Positions 7,024-14,841 of a stretch of 27,507 nt of DNA are shown piece by piece. The notes under the pieces were generated by a model. It was given only the letters and a program-made list of their open reading frames with translations, was not told the origin of the DNA and searched no databases. Every line of letters starts with the position of its first letter. Position 1 is the stretch's first letter. The stretch comes from Eubacteriales bacterium (lineage in GTDB: Bacteria; Bacillota; Clostridia; Oscillospirales; CAG-382), in the NCBI GenBank assembly GCA_045637325.1, contig JAZTZF010000140.1, forward strand, positions 1-27,507, given 5' to 3'. The position numbers were made by a program, and so were the translations under genes.

Positions 7024-7168
7024 CTTATTCGGTTACAAGCAGGGAATTTGTGTGCCAAATTCCGTTTCAATTAAAGATAAATGTCCTTAGCAACCCTACT
7101 CGTTTGTCTTCGGGGTTTTTATTGCTTTTTGATGAAGGTGCGTGGTCTTGGCACCTTGATGAAAGAAA

Positions 7169-8170
7169 TCAGATGTTAAAAATATCGGGAGTAGATTTCT
7201 TCTTTTTGGGCTTTATGGGTTCATCGTCACAGCAAGGGTCGGGTTTCTTCGGAGGATTGGGATCCTCGGGTGCGGGATACGTAACGTCGCCGAGACCCGA
7301 GGTCTCCGAGAACATAACGTTAGACTTTGTCATATCGACCGCATCGGTGGGTATGATAATCTTAGAAGCCTTGCCGTCGGACATTGCAACGAGCGCTTCG
7401 TATTTCTTGAGTTCAAGCACGGCAGAATCGACACCTGCTTCGCGCAATGCGACCAAACCGTCTGCTTCTGCCTTCTTTGCGAGATAAATAGCGCGAGATT
7501 CACCTTCGGCGCGAGCGATGCGCGCGTCTCGTTCACCTTCCGCGGCAAGGATCATTGCCTGCTTTTCGCCCTCAGCGCGAGTGATAGCCGCTGCCTTGTG
7601 TCCTTCTGCCTGAAGTAGGGTTTCACGACGGTCGCGTTCTGCCTTCATCTGCTTTTCCATCGCGTTTTGAATTCCTGCGGGAGGAATGATGATACGCAAT
7701 TCAACGCGGTGAACCTTCATGCCCCATTTGTCGGTAGCTTCGTCGAGAATCTCGGTCATTTTCGCGTTGATGGTATCACGCGAGGTAAGGGTGCCGTCGA
7801 GTTCGAGTTCGCCAACAAGGTTACGCAACGTGGTTGCCGCTAGGTTTGCAAGTGCAGAAATCGGATTTTCTGCGCCGTATGCGTAAAGCTTTGCGTCGTA
7901 AACGGCATAATAAATGACCGTGTCGATCTGCATGGTAACGTTATCTTTGGTGATAACAGGCTGAGGAGGCGAGTCAAGCACCTGTTCCTTGAGCGAGATC
8001 CTTTTCGCGATTTTTTCGAAGAGAGGAATCTTGATGTGGAAGCCTGCGGACCACGTGCCCTTGTATTTACCGAGCCATTCGATTACAAATTCGTGTGCCT
8101 GAGGAACAATTTTTATATTTGCGATAATTATTGCCAAAATGACAATTGCCAAAAAAACAAAAAAAGGCAT
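7169..8170 (-). CDS. SPFH/band 7 (stomatin/QmcA-like) membrane protein
   Basis: N-terminal TM helix, VITKDNV, LRNLVGELELD.TLTSRD.IN, AMEKQMKAERDRR and an EG/AE coiled-coil repeat. Start at MPFF (8170) with an AAGGAG RBS. Confidence 0.92.
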   Translation of the reverse strand: MPFFVFLAIVILAIIIANIKIVPQAHEFVIEWLGKYKGTWSAGFHIKIPLFEKIAKRISLKEQVLDSPPQPVITKDNVTMQIDTVIYYAVYDAKLYAYGAENPISALANLAATTLRNLVGELELDGTLTSRDTINAKMTEILDEATDKWGMKVHRVELRIIIPPAGIQNAMEKQMKAERDRRETLLQAEGHKAAAITRAEGEKQAMILAAEGERDARIARAEGESRAIYLAKKAEADGLVALREAGVDSAVLELKKYEALVAMSDGKASKIIIPTDAVDMTKSNVMFSETSGLGDVTYPAPEDPNPPKKPDPCCDDEPIKPKKKKSTPDIFNI

Positions 8171-8200
8171 AATAGTTCTCCTTTTCATTAATTTACAAAT

Positions 8201-8229
8201 ATTATAGTGCATATAGGTCTAAATGTCAA
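8201..8229 (-). promoter_or_regulatory. Perfect consensus sigmaA promoter for the SPFH gene
   Basis: Minus strand reads TTGACA (8224-8229)-17 nt-TATAAT (8201-8206). Confidence 0.85.
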
Positions 8230-8240
8230 CGATGTTTAAC

Positions 8241-8283
8241 AAAACAAAAACGCCGCTTTCTGGAAATTTTCCATCATGCGGCG
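8241..8283 (-). terminator. Intrinsic terminator ending the clpP-rnhA run
   Basis: Minus strand CGCCGC...TGGAAA/TTTCCA...GCGGCG followed by TTTTTGTTTT. Confidence 0.7.
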
Positions 8284-8475
8284 GAATTTTTTATTTAGCT
8301 GTGTCGGAATTTAAGACGTAGAACTTCTATTATTGCGATATCCGCTTTCGGTGCCCGAATGAGTCTGCCGAAAAGTGTACGGTTAGCCAACGGCGTGGCG
8401 ACGTTTATGCCTACGGAAAAAAGTCGGTCATTAGGCAAAAAGAGAACACCTCGTTAGCGTTGGGGGCAACCGTTA

Positions 8476-8919
8476 TTACGCTTGATTCAAACTTTCGGCA
8501 TAATTGCTGGCAAGCTCGTCGCATCGCTCGTTATAGGCGTGTCCGTCGTGTCCGCGTACCCAAATAAACTCTACTTCGTGCGTGTTAAGCAACACGTCAA
8601 GCTTCTTCCAAAGATCGTCGTTAAGAACCGCCGATTTGTCTGCCTTGCGCCAGCCTTTTTGTTTCCAGCTTGCAAGCCAACCCTTGTTAATGGCGTTTAC
8701 CAAATATTGCGAATCGCTGTAAAGCATAACCTTGCAGGGGCTTTTAAGTGCGCTCAGTCCCTCGATGGCGGCAGTGAGCTCCATGCGGTTGTTGGTTGTG
8801 TTATTTTCGCCGCCGCAAAGCTCTTTTTCTCTGCCCTCGTATTCGAGTATCGCGCCCCAGCCGCCTGCACCGGGGTTACCTTTGCATGCGCCGTCGGTAT
8901 ATATATTTACGGTTTTCAA
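8476..8919 (-). CDS. rnhA: Ribonuclease HI
   Basis: [43 protein letters not shown]. Its ATG overlaps the upstream stop (ATGA). Confidence 0.96.
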   Translation of the reverse strand: MKTVNIYTDGACKGNPGAGGWGAILEYEGREKELCGGENNTTNNRMELTAAIEGLSALKSPCKVMLYSDSQYLVNAINKGWLASWKQKGWRKADKSAVLNDDLWKKLDVLLNTHEVEFIWVRGHDGHAYNERCDELASNYAESLNQA

Positions 8920-9845
8920 TCGTCAACACCCTTTATTTTTTGCATTCTTATGTCTTTGCCTACAAACTGCAACACCCTGAACTCGCCCAGCAACCTTGAC
9001 AGCAATCTTTCGCCGTAGGTTTTTCTTATGCCTGCAGGGGAGAGGTTGGATGATATGATCGTCTTTTTGCCGTTTACGATCCTTAGATCGATAAGACTCG
9101 TTATTGCCGAAACGCTGTATTGGGTAATGCACTCGGCACCGAGGTCATCGATAATAAGAAGATGGCAGTTTTCGTATTTTTTGCGCTCGGAAATATCCAT
9201 TCGGTTGAACCTGACGGCATCTACCGTATCAAAGATCTGCTGCGCCGATTCGTAAATTACGCTAAGCCCTTTTGAGGAAACTACATTGGCGATAGCTGCC
9301 GAAAGGTGCGTTTTTCCGAGCCCCGTACCGCCGAGGAACAAAAGTCCTGCCGAGGTATCGTTACGAAAACCGTCGGCATATTTTCTGCAACCGTTCAGTA
9401 TTGCTTCCATCTGCTTTCTCTCGGAACCCTCGGAATAAAAATCGAGCGAGAAATTGTCAAACGTCTTGCCGACAAGTCCGCCTGCAAGTGCGCTTTCTTG
9501 GTAATTTTCGCTTGCCATCATATTTTTTATGCATTGGCAGAGCTTCAATCCGCAATATCCGCCGTCGTTGCATTCGTTGCATTCAAACCGCGGAGTATCG
9601 TAATCGGGCTCGTATCCTGCCGCCTCGAGCAGACGAGCGCGCTCTGCGGTAAGTGCATCCGATTCGGCGCGCAAAACCTCTATGCTCTCACCGATTATAG
9701 ACCTCATGGGGATATCCTCAAGAAGAGCGTCTATCTGCTTTATCCTCGGCAACCTTGCATGAAGCTCGGCGCGTTTTATATCCGATTTGTTTATGGCGTC
9801 TATTCTTTTTTCGGTCTTTATCCTTAACGCATCATTTAACTTCAT
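8916..9845 (-). CDS. DnaC/DnaI-like AAA+ helicase loader with Zn-finger
   Basis: CxxC...CxC (CNEC...CQC), Walker A GGTGLGKT, Walker [16 protein letters not shown], and YGERLLSRL arginine finger. Confidence 0.85.
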   Translation of the reverse strand: MKLNDALRIKTEKRIDAINKSDIKRAELHARLPRIKQIDALLEDIPMRSIIGESIEVLRAESDALTAERARLLEAAGYEPDYDTPRFECNECNDGGYCGLKLCQCIKNMMASENYQESALAGGLVGKTFDNFSLDFYSEGSERKQMEAILNGCRKYADGFRNDTSAGLLFLGGTGLGKTHLSAAIANVVSSKGLSVIYESAQQIFDTVDAVRFNRMDISERKKYENCHLLIIDDLGAECITQYSVSAITSLIDLRIVNGKKTIISSNLSPAGIRKTYGERLLSRLLGEFRVLQFVGKDIRMQKIKGVDD

Positions 9846-10746
9846 TTTTTTCCTCTAACATGTCATCGAAACCCCTCGAAAGAGCCGCTTCGATAAATTC
9901 ATCACCCACAAAACTGCTTTCGGTTCCGTTGGTGCGCGATGCATCACCGTTATTAACATCTTCCACCGTCACAAATCCGCTCTCGTGCCAACGGCGCAGA
10001 ATTCCGTTCATATAAGTGGTAGAAAGCTTTCCCGTGGTGTCGATAGTCTTCTCATAGGCGAGCTGTACCGTTTCGAACGGGAACATCCAATCTCCGAACC
10101 AACAGTCGAACAGCTTTTTCTCCTTGGGAGTAAGCGCTCTTTCGCCCATGCCGCAAAGCCTGCGAAGCCTGCCGATATCGCTGTTTATCGCCTCTCTGCG
10201 CGCAAGATAGGATTCGAACTTGTCGTAAGTATCTATTCCGTCCTCATAAAGTCCGACGGCTTTTTTGAAAATATACTGCAAACTTCTTTTTTCGTTTGCA
10301 CAGCAATCTTCTATAATACCGCATATCACGGGTGCTGGCAGACGGACAAAATCATACAGATAAAAAAGCGAGCTGTAATCGTTTTTTGTAAGCTGTTTTT
10401 CTAAACAATCGCCGGCTACACGGCAGACCAACGAAAAATCGGAATTATTCTCGATAGCATCCGAAAGGGTATCGCTGTCGTAATTGCGGTATGCACTTGT
10501 ATCCGAGGCAACCTTTTTCTTTGCTTCGCCCTCCTCAAAGATACCTGCACCGCGCCAGAAAGCAACGGCGGACTCTACCTGCGCGACGGTAAGACCGATT
10601 TCGCGCGCGGCGTCGTTTACGCTTGTTTCGGGCTCGGAAAAATAATATATAAGCGTTTTCAGTTCTTCGGCAGAAGCCGACTTGATTCGCGCAAGTATTT
10701 CCTTAGGCAACAGTATAACATTGTCTTTGGGTGTTTTTATGGCCAT
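9832..10746 (-). CDS. DnaD-domain replication protein
   Basis: Two DnaD/DnaB_2-like segments (SLQYIFKKAVGLYEDGIDT; YMNGILRRWHESGFVTVEDV); directly upstream of the DnaC-like ATPase. Confidence 0.8.
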   Translation of the reverse strand: MAIKTPKDNVILLPKEILARIKSASAEELKTLIYYFSEPETSVNDAAREIGLTVAQVESAVAFWRGAGIFEEGEAKKKVASDTSAYRNYDSDTLSDAIENNSDFSLVCRVAGDCLEKQLTKNDYSSLFYLYDFVRLPAPVICGIIEDCCANEKRSLQYIFKKAVGLYEDGIDTYDKFESYLARREAINSDIGRLRRLCGMGERALTPKEKKLFDCWFGDWMFPFETVQLAYEKTIDTTGKLSTTYMNGILRRWHESGFVTVEDVNNGDASRTNGTESSFVGDEFIEAALSRGFDDMLEEKNEVK

Positions 10747-10770
10747 GTTTTTTGTTTCCGTTCTGCAAAA

Positions 10771-11220
10771 CTAACTTTTAATAATACTAATGTCGGGAGA
10801 TACAGAAAATGTCAAATGACTACGCTCTGCCAGATTCCCGACGATCTCTACCGAGTAGGCAATATCCAGCTTTCCGCCGTCCATAGAGAGGGAATTGTCA
10901 AGACTTTTTGTGCGGATACGCATCTGAACGGGGAAAAAACCGGTGTTGCAGATGCAGGTGTGTGACTTGCCGTCGGCAAATACCATGTGTGAGTTTATGG
11001 GGCCCACGCGGTTTACCGAAACCGTCTGATCTGCAAAGGTATCTATCGTGGTAGTGGTTTCGGTGTTGTCCTCGGTGTATTCTATCCTAAGACCTTCTTT
11101 TGTTTTCTTCATCGTTCCCGAAACGCAAAAATCGTCTATTTCGGGGCGTTCTTCTCCACGCCTGGTCAGGTCGGCACTCAGCCGCTCCACACGCACGCGG
11201 ATATCTATGGGAATTTTCAT
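10771..11220 (-). CDS. DUF1934 family protein
   Basis: 149 aa all-beta pattern (GTMK...IEYTE, V.RVG.INSHMVF..GK.H, LDIAYSVEI) resembling DUF1934. Confidence 0.65.
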   Translation of the reverse strand: MKIPIDIRVRVERLSADLTRRGEERPEIDDFCVSGTMKKTKEGLRIEYTEDNTETTTTIDTFADQTVSVNRVGPINSHMVFADGKSHTCICNTGFFPVQMRIRTKSLDNSLSMDGGKLDIAYSVEIVGNLAERSHLTFSVSPDISIIKS

Positions 11221-11233
11221 GAGTTGTCCTTTT

Positions 11234-12058
11234 TTAATATGTTTCTATATCTATATGCACGGCATCGGTTGCGATATTACTCTGCAAAAATCCATGTGCA
11301 TTCTGCGAGAACAATTCTGCACCGCCGCTTGTATAAAATTCTATTTTTCCGCCGTTTTCGTTAATAAGACGGTTGTCACTCAAAAGAGCTTTCAGATCAT
11401 AAGCCGCTTCTGCACCTGCACTTATCAGCTCGGTATTCGGCAGATATTTTTTGATAATGTCTGCCAAAAGCGGATAATGGGTGCAACCCAGTATTGCGGC
11501 ATCGGGCATCTTTTCGGCAACAGGCGAAAGATATTCGGCAACAATAGCGTTAGTTGCGGCATCCTCGGTGTCGGGATGCCAATTTTCCACCAACGGAACG
11601 AACATCGGGCATGCGCAGGGGATGATATCGGTTATGCCGTATTTCCGCAATGCGGCATCAAACGCATGGCTGTTTATCGTTGCGCTCGTGCCCAGAATTG
11701 CCACTCTGCCGCACCCTGCGTGTGCGATTTCAGAGGCTTTTTTTGCCGCCGCATCTATCACGCCGACAACAGGCACGCCTGCCGCCTCGGTTACCTCGTT
11801 TAGGCAGTTCGAGCTTACGGTTCCGCAGGCTACAAGTATGGCTTTTACCTTTTTCGAAAGCAGAAAACGCGTGTCCTGAAGCGCAAATTTGCGTATAACA
11901 TCGGGGGATTTTGTGCCGTAGGGTATGCGCGCGTTGTCGCCGAAATATATTATATCTTCGTTGGGCATAAGTCTTTTGAGTTCGCTTATGGCGGTAAGTC
12001 CGCCCAGACCCGAATCGAAAACGCCTATCGGGAGTGTATTTGCGGTATTAATACTCAT
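11234..12058 (-). CDS. murI: Glutamate racemase
   Basis: IGVFDSGLGG, YFGDNARIPYG, VACGTVS and LGCTHYP (both catalytic Cys). The start at 12058 overlaps the ddl stop (ATGA). Confidence 0.96.
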   Translation of the reverse strand: MSINTANTLPIGVFDSGLGGLTAISELKRLMPNEDIIYFGDNARIPYGTKSPDVIRKFALQDTRFLLSKKVKAILVACGTVSSNCLNEVTEAAGVPVVGVIDAAAKKASEIAHAGCGRVAILGTSATINSHAFDAALRKYGITDIIPCACPMFVPLVENWHPDTEDAATNAIVAEYLSPVAEKMPDAAILGCTHYPLLADIIKKYLPNTELISAGAEAAYDLKALLSDNRLINENGGKIEFYTSGGAELFSQNAHGFLQSNIATDAVHIDIETY

Positions 12059-13116
12059 TCCTCGCACCCCTCGGCAAGAAGCAACAGCTTTGTAATAAGT
12101 TCGCGGTAGCTAATCCCGATGTGAGCCATCATTTTCGGGTACATGCTTATCGGAGTAAAACCGGGGATGGTGTTTATTTCGTTAAGCATTGCGCCGTTTT
12201 CGGTAAGGAAAAAGTCCACGCGCGAAAGACCTCTGCAACCCAGTGCCTTATAAACCTTTACCGCAAGCTCGCGTATTATGTCGGATTCCTGTTCACTTAG
12301 CGGAGCAGGCACCATACACTGAGCACGGTCATCGATGTATTTTGTTTCGTAATCATAAAAATCGCTGTTTGCAACAATCTCTCCGCAGACAGACGCAAAC
12401 GGCTTGTCGTTTCCGCAGACCGCAACCTCTATCTCTCTGCCGACGGTGTTCGGCTCTATAAGCAGTTTTTTATCGTGCTCAAACGCCAAAACAATGCCCT
12501 GTCTGAGCTCATCAATATTCTTGGCTTTCGTAATGCCCACCGAGCTTCCTGCATTTGCGGGTTTTACAAAGACCGGATATCCGTATTTTGCCTCGCTTAC
12601 GGAAATAAGCTCGTCAATATCGGCGTTTTTGTATGCCGAAATAAAAGGAACGACAGGTATTTCTGCGGCAGCGCAAATGGTTTTTGTTGCCGCTTTATCC
12701 ATCGATACGGCAGAGGAATAGGTATCGCAACCCACATAGGGTATGCCTGCCAGCTCCAAAAGCCCCTGCATTGTGCCGTCTTCTCCGTTTTTGCCGTGAA
12801 GAACAGGGAATGCAATATCAATACGAATTATTTCAAAAGTACCGTCTGCGCCGTTTAGAGCGAGTATCCCGTGGTGCGCCTTGCAGGGCGATATCACCGC
12901 AGGAACAAGCAACGAACGCTTTTCTTTCCAAGTATAATCGCGTAGCTCGTCGGTACTGCCTTTGAAAATCCACCACTTGCCGTCTTTTGTTATGCCGACA
13001 AGCAGAGCATCAAAAAGCTCGCTGTCAAGATTGTCAGCAACATTCGCCGCCGAAACACAGCTTACCTCGTATTCCGAAGATTCGCCGCCGAATATAATTG
13101 CAACAGTCTTTTTCAT
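12055..13116 (-). CDS. ddl: D-alanine--D-alanine ligase
   Basis: FGGESSEYEVS, PVLHGKNGEDG, VKPANAGSSVG, FYDYETKY and NEINTIPGFT..SMYP. Start at MKKT (13116) with a GAGGTG RBS. Confidence 0.95.
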   Translation of the reverse strand: MKKTVAIIFGGESSEYEVSCVSAANVADNLDSELFDALLVGITKDGKWWIFKGSTDELRDYTWKEKRSLLVPAVISPCKAHHGILALNGADGTFEIIRIDIAFPVLHGKNGEDGTMQGLLELAGIPYVGCDTYSSAVSMDKAATKTICAAAEIPVVPFISAYKNADIDELISVSEAKYGYPVFVKPANAGSSVGITKAKNIDELRQGIVLAFEHDKKLLIEPNTVGREIEVAVCGNDKPFASVCGEIVANSDFYDYETKYIDDRAQCMVPAPLSEQESDIIRELAVKVYKALGCRGLSRVDFFLTENGAMLNEINTIPGFTPISMYPKMMAHIGISYRELITKLLLLAEGCEE

Positions 13117-13137
13117 CAAAAACACCTCATTTGAAAG

Positions 13138-14073
13138 TTATAAAAACATCACCGTATATACCGACCACATAAGCGGTATCGTAACGATGCAGAGCAAACT
13201 TGTTGACAAAACAATGTCTGCGGCGGTTTTGCTGTCGCCCCCGTGAGTTTCGGCAAGACTTTGGATCATCGTGGCGGCAGGACAGCAGCCGAGAATAAAT
13301 GCGGCAGACCGCACTTCCTCGCCAACCTCAATAAGCGAAAACAATCCGCCGAGTATTATCGGGAAAATAATCAATTTTGACAGCGCCGCTATGTAAATAC
13401 GATAATTTGTAAAAATACCGATAAGCTTTTTGGTGGCAAGCCGCATGCCGAGTATCGTCATACAGACAACCGTTGACATTCTTCCGAGCGTTTCGATATA
13501 TTCCGCGCCGAAGTCGGGTAATTTGACTCCGAACGCAAAAAGCGAAAACGCGATCAAAAACGATATGCTTGCAGGGTTTGCAAAAAGTGCTTTCACGCTT
13601 ATATATTTGCGATCGCCCGTCATCATCAACAACCCTATCGTCCATGCCAATATGTTCATGGACATCGAAAACGCCGACGCATATACCAGCACCTCGGGAT
13701 TGTCGGGGATAAGATGCTCAAGCAGAGGTATCCCCAAAAAACCCACATTTCCGCAAGCACCCGCTACGGCGCAGATCTTCTGCGCGACATCGGTTTTCAT
13801 TTTGTTGCGGAACAAAAAATAATACAGAAAAATAATAACTATTTGTCCAAGAAAGGTGATCCCGAAAAATATACCCATATTCTTAAGCAGAGTGTCGGTA
13901 CAGTCGGCAACACTCAGCGAATATATAGAAAGCGCGGGCTGGCAAACATATAGCAAAAACTTTGCAAATACCTTTATCGAATCCTCACCGAGCGCTCTCG
14001 CTTTCACAAGGATATACCCCGGAACGCCGTAGGCGATCATCATAAGGACTTTTAATGCAGTTATACCGAACAT
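13138..14073 (-). CDS. AEC (auxin efflux carrier/membrane transport) family transporter
   Basis: About 10 hydrophobic segments; GNVGFLGIPL, NPASI, CPAAT and STSLL motifs. Confidence 0.85.
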   Translation of the reverse strand: MFGITALKVLMMIAYGVPGYILVKARALGEDSIKVFAKFLLYVCQPALSIYSLSVADCTDTLLKNMGIFFGITFLGQIVIIFLYYFLFRNKMKTDVAQKICAVAGACGNVGFLGIPLLEHLIPDNPEVLVYASAFSMSMNILAWTIGLLMMTGDRKYISVKALFANPASISFLIAFSLFAFGVKLPDFGAEYIETLGRMSTVVCMTILGMRLATKKLIGIFTNYRIYIAALSKLIIFPIILGGLFSLIEVGEEVRSAAFILGCCPAATMIQSLAETHGGDSKTAADIVLSTSLLCIVTIPLMWSVYTVMFL

Positions 14074-14075
14074 TT

Positions 14076-14660
14076 TTATTTCTTAACCTTAACTATTTCG
14101 TCAATAACACCGTATGCAAGCGCATCCTCGGCAAACATCCAGTTGTCGCGCTCGGTATCGCTTGCGATCTGTTCTATCGGCTTGCCGATATTTTCGGCAA
14201 GAATACGGTTTATCCTGTCTTTTGTGCGTTTTGCAAAATTGGCGGCGATAATAACATCGGATGCCTGACCGCCTGCCGTGCCGATTACCTGATGAAGCAT
14301 AACCTCGCAGTTTTCCAACCCGTAACGCTTGCCTTTTGTTCCTGCCGCGAGCAAAAATGCGCCCATACTGCAAGCCGAGCCTACACATACGGTCGAAACA
14401 TCGCACTTTATCGAGCGGATGGTATCATAAATCGCAAACCCTGCCGACACGCTTCCGCCGGGGGAGTTTATATAAATGGTTATATCCTTATCGGGATCCT
14501 GCGCTTCCAAAAACAGAAGCTGTGCTACGATACTGCACGCAAGATCATCGTTTATCTCGTTAAAAAGAAGTATTATCCTATCCTTTAGCAGACGCGAAAA
14601 AAGGTCGTAACCATTGTGTCTGCCGCCTTCGTTTTCAAAAAAAGTGGGGTTGGCTATCAT
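14076..14660 (-). CDS. clpP: ATP-dependent Clp protease proteolytic subunit (divergent paralogue)
   Basis: DLFSRLLKDRII, YINSPGGSVSAG, and catalytic Ser (CSMG), His (MLHQ) and Asp (ERDNW). RBS GGAGG. Confidence 0.92.
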   Translation of the reverse strand: MIANPTFFENEGGRHNGYDLFSRLLKDRIILLFNEINDDLACSIVAQLLFLEAQDPDKDITIYINSPGGSVSAGFAIYDTIRSIKCDVSTVCVGSACSMGAFLLAAGTKGKRYGLENCEVMLHQVIGTAGGQASDVIIAANFAKRTKDRINRILAENIGKPIEQIASDTERDNWMFAEDALAYGVIDEIVKVKK

Positions 14661-14691
14661 GTTTTGCCTCCGTTATGGTCATAATCAACTA

Positions 14692-14720
14692 ATTTTATCA
14701 CATTTCCCCCCGCTTTTCAA
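14692..14720 (-). promoter_or_regulatory. sigmaA promoter for clpP and probably the downstream operon
   Basis: Minus strand reads TTGAAA-17 nt-TAAAAT with an extended -10 TG. Confidence 0.65.
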
Positions 14721-14783
14721 TAGCAATTTATGCCGTCATATGCAAAAGAAACACGCAATATGTAGTAAAAACAGCGATATGAT

Positions 14784-14812
14784 TTGACATTGGGCGGTTA
14801 AAGAGTTATAAT
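14784..14812 (+). promoter_or_regulatory. Perfect consensus sigmaA promoter for the U32 gene
   Basis: TTGACA (14784-14789)-17 nt-TATAAT (14807-14812), followed by RBS AAGGAGGTG. Confidence 0.85.
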
Positions 14813-14841
14813 TGACTTACTAAAGGAGGTGAACCTCGAAA

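Noticed and set aside
7030-7110. Fragments resembling SAM-I riboswitch motifs (GTGCCAAATTCC, GCAACC)
   Set aside because: They are in the wrong order, the P1 and kink-turn elements are missing, and they lie downstream of convergent genes.
6857-7487. ORF-track entries 6857..7090 (+) and 6951..7487 (+)
   Set aside because: They run through palindromic repeats and antisense to the SPFH gene, with no RBS and no recognisable motifs.
8295-8438. 47-codon minus-strand ORF (TTG start, GAGGTG 8 nt upstream) after rnhA
   Set aside because: Weak start codon, no recognisable family, and it overlaps the structured region. It cannot be supported without conservation or ribosome profiling data.
8916-10746. 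DnaD plus DnaC/IstB-like ATPase as a prophage or IS21 module
   Set aside because: There is no integrase, IstA transposase, phage gene or terminal repeat. The genes are embedded in and translationally coupled to housekeeping genes.
12055-13116. Van-type (D-Ala-D-Lac or D-Ala-D-Ser) resistance ligase
   Set aside because: It has the D-Ala-D-Ala signatures FYDY and SMYP rather than the His-containing VanA/B loop or the FFDY/SRYP of D-Ser ligases. No vanH/X/T/R/S genes are nearby.
14660-14720. CtsR or CIRCE heat-shock operator upstream of clpP
   Set aside because: GGTCATAATCAA gives only a partial half-site without the 10-bp periodic GGTCAAA repeat, and there is no CIRCE inverted repeat.
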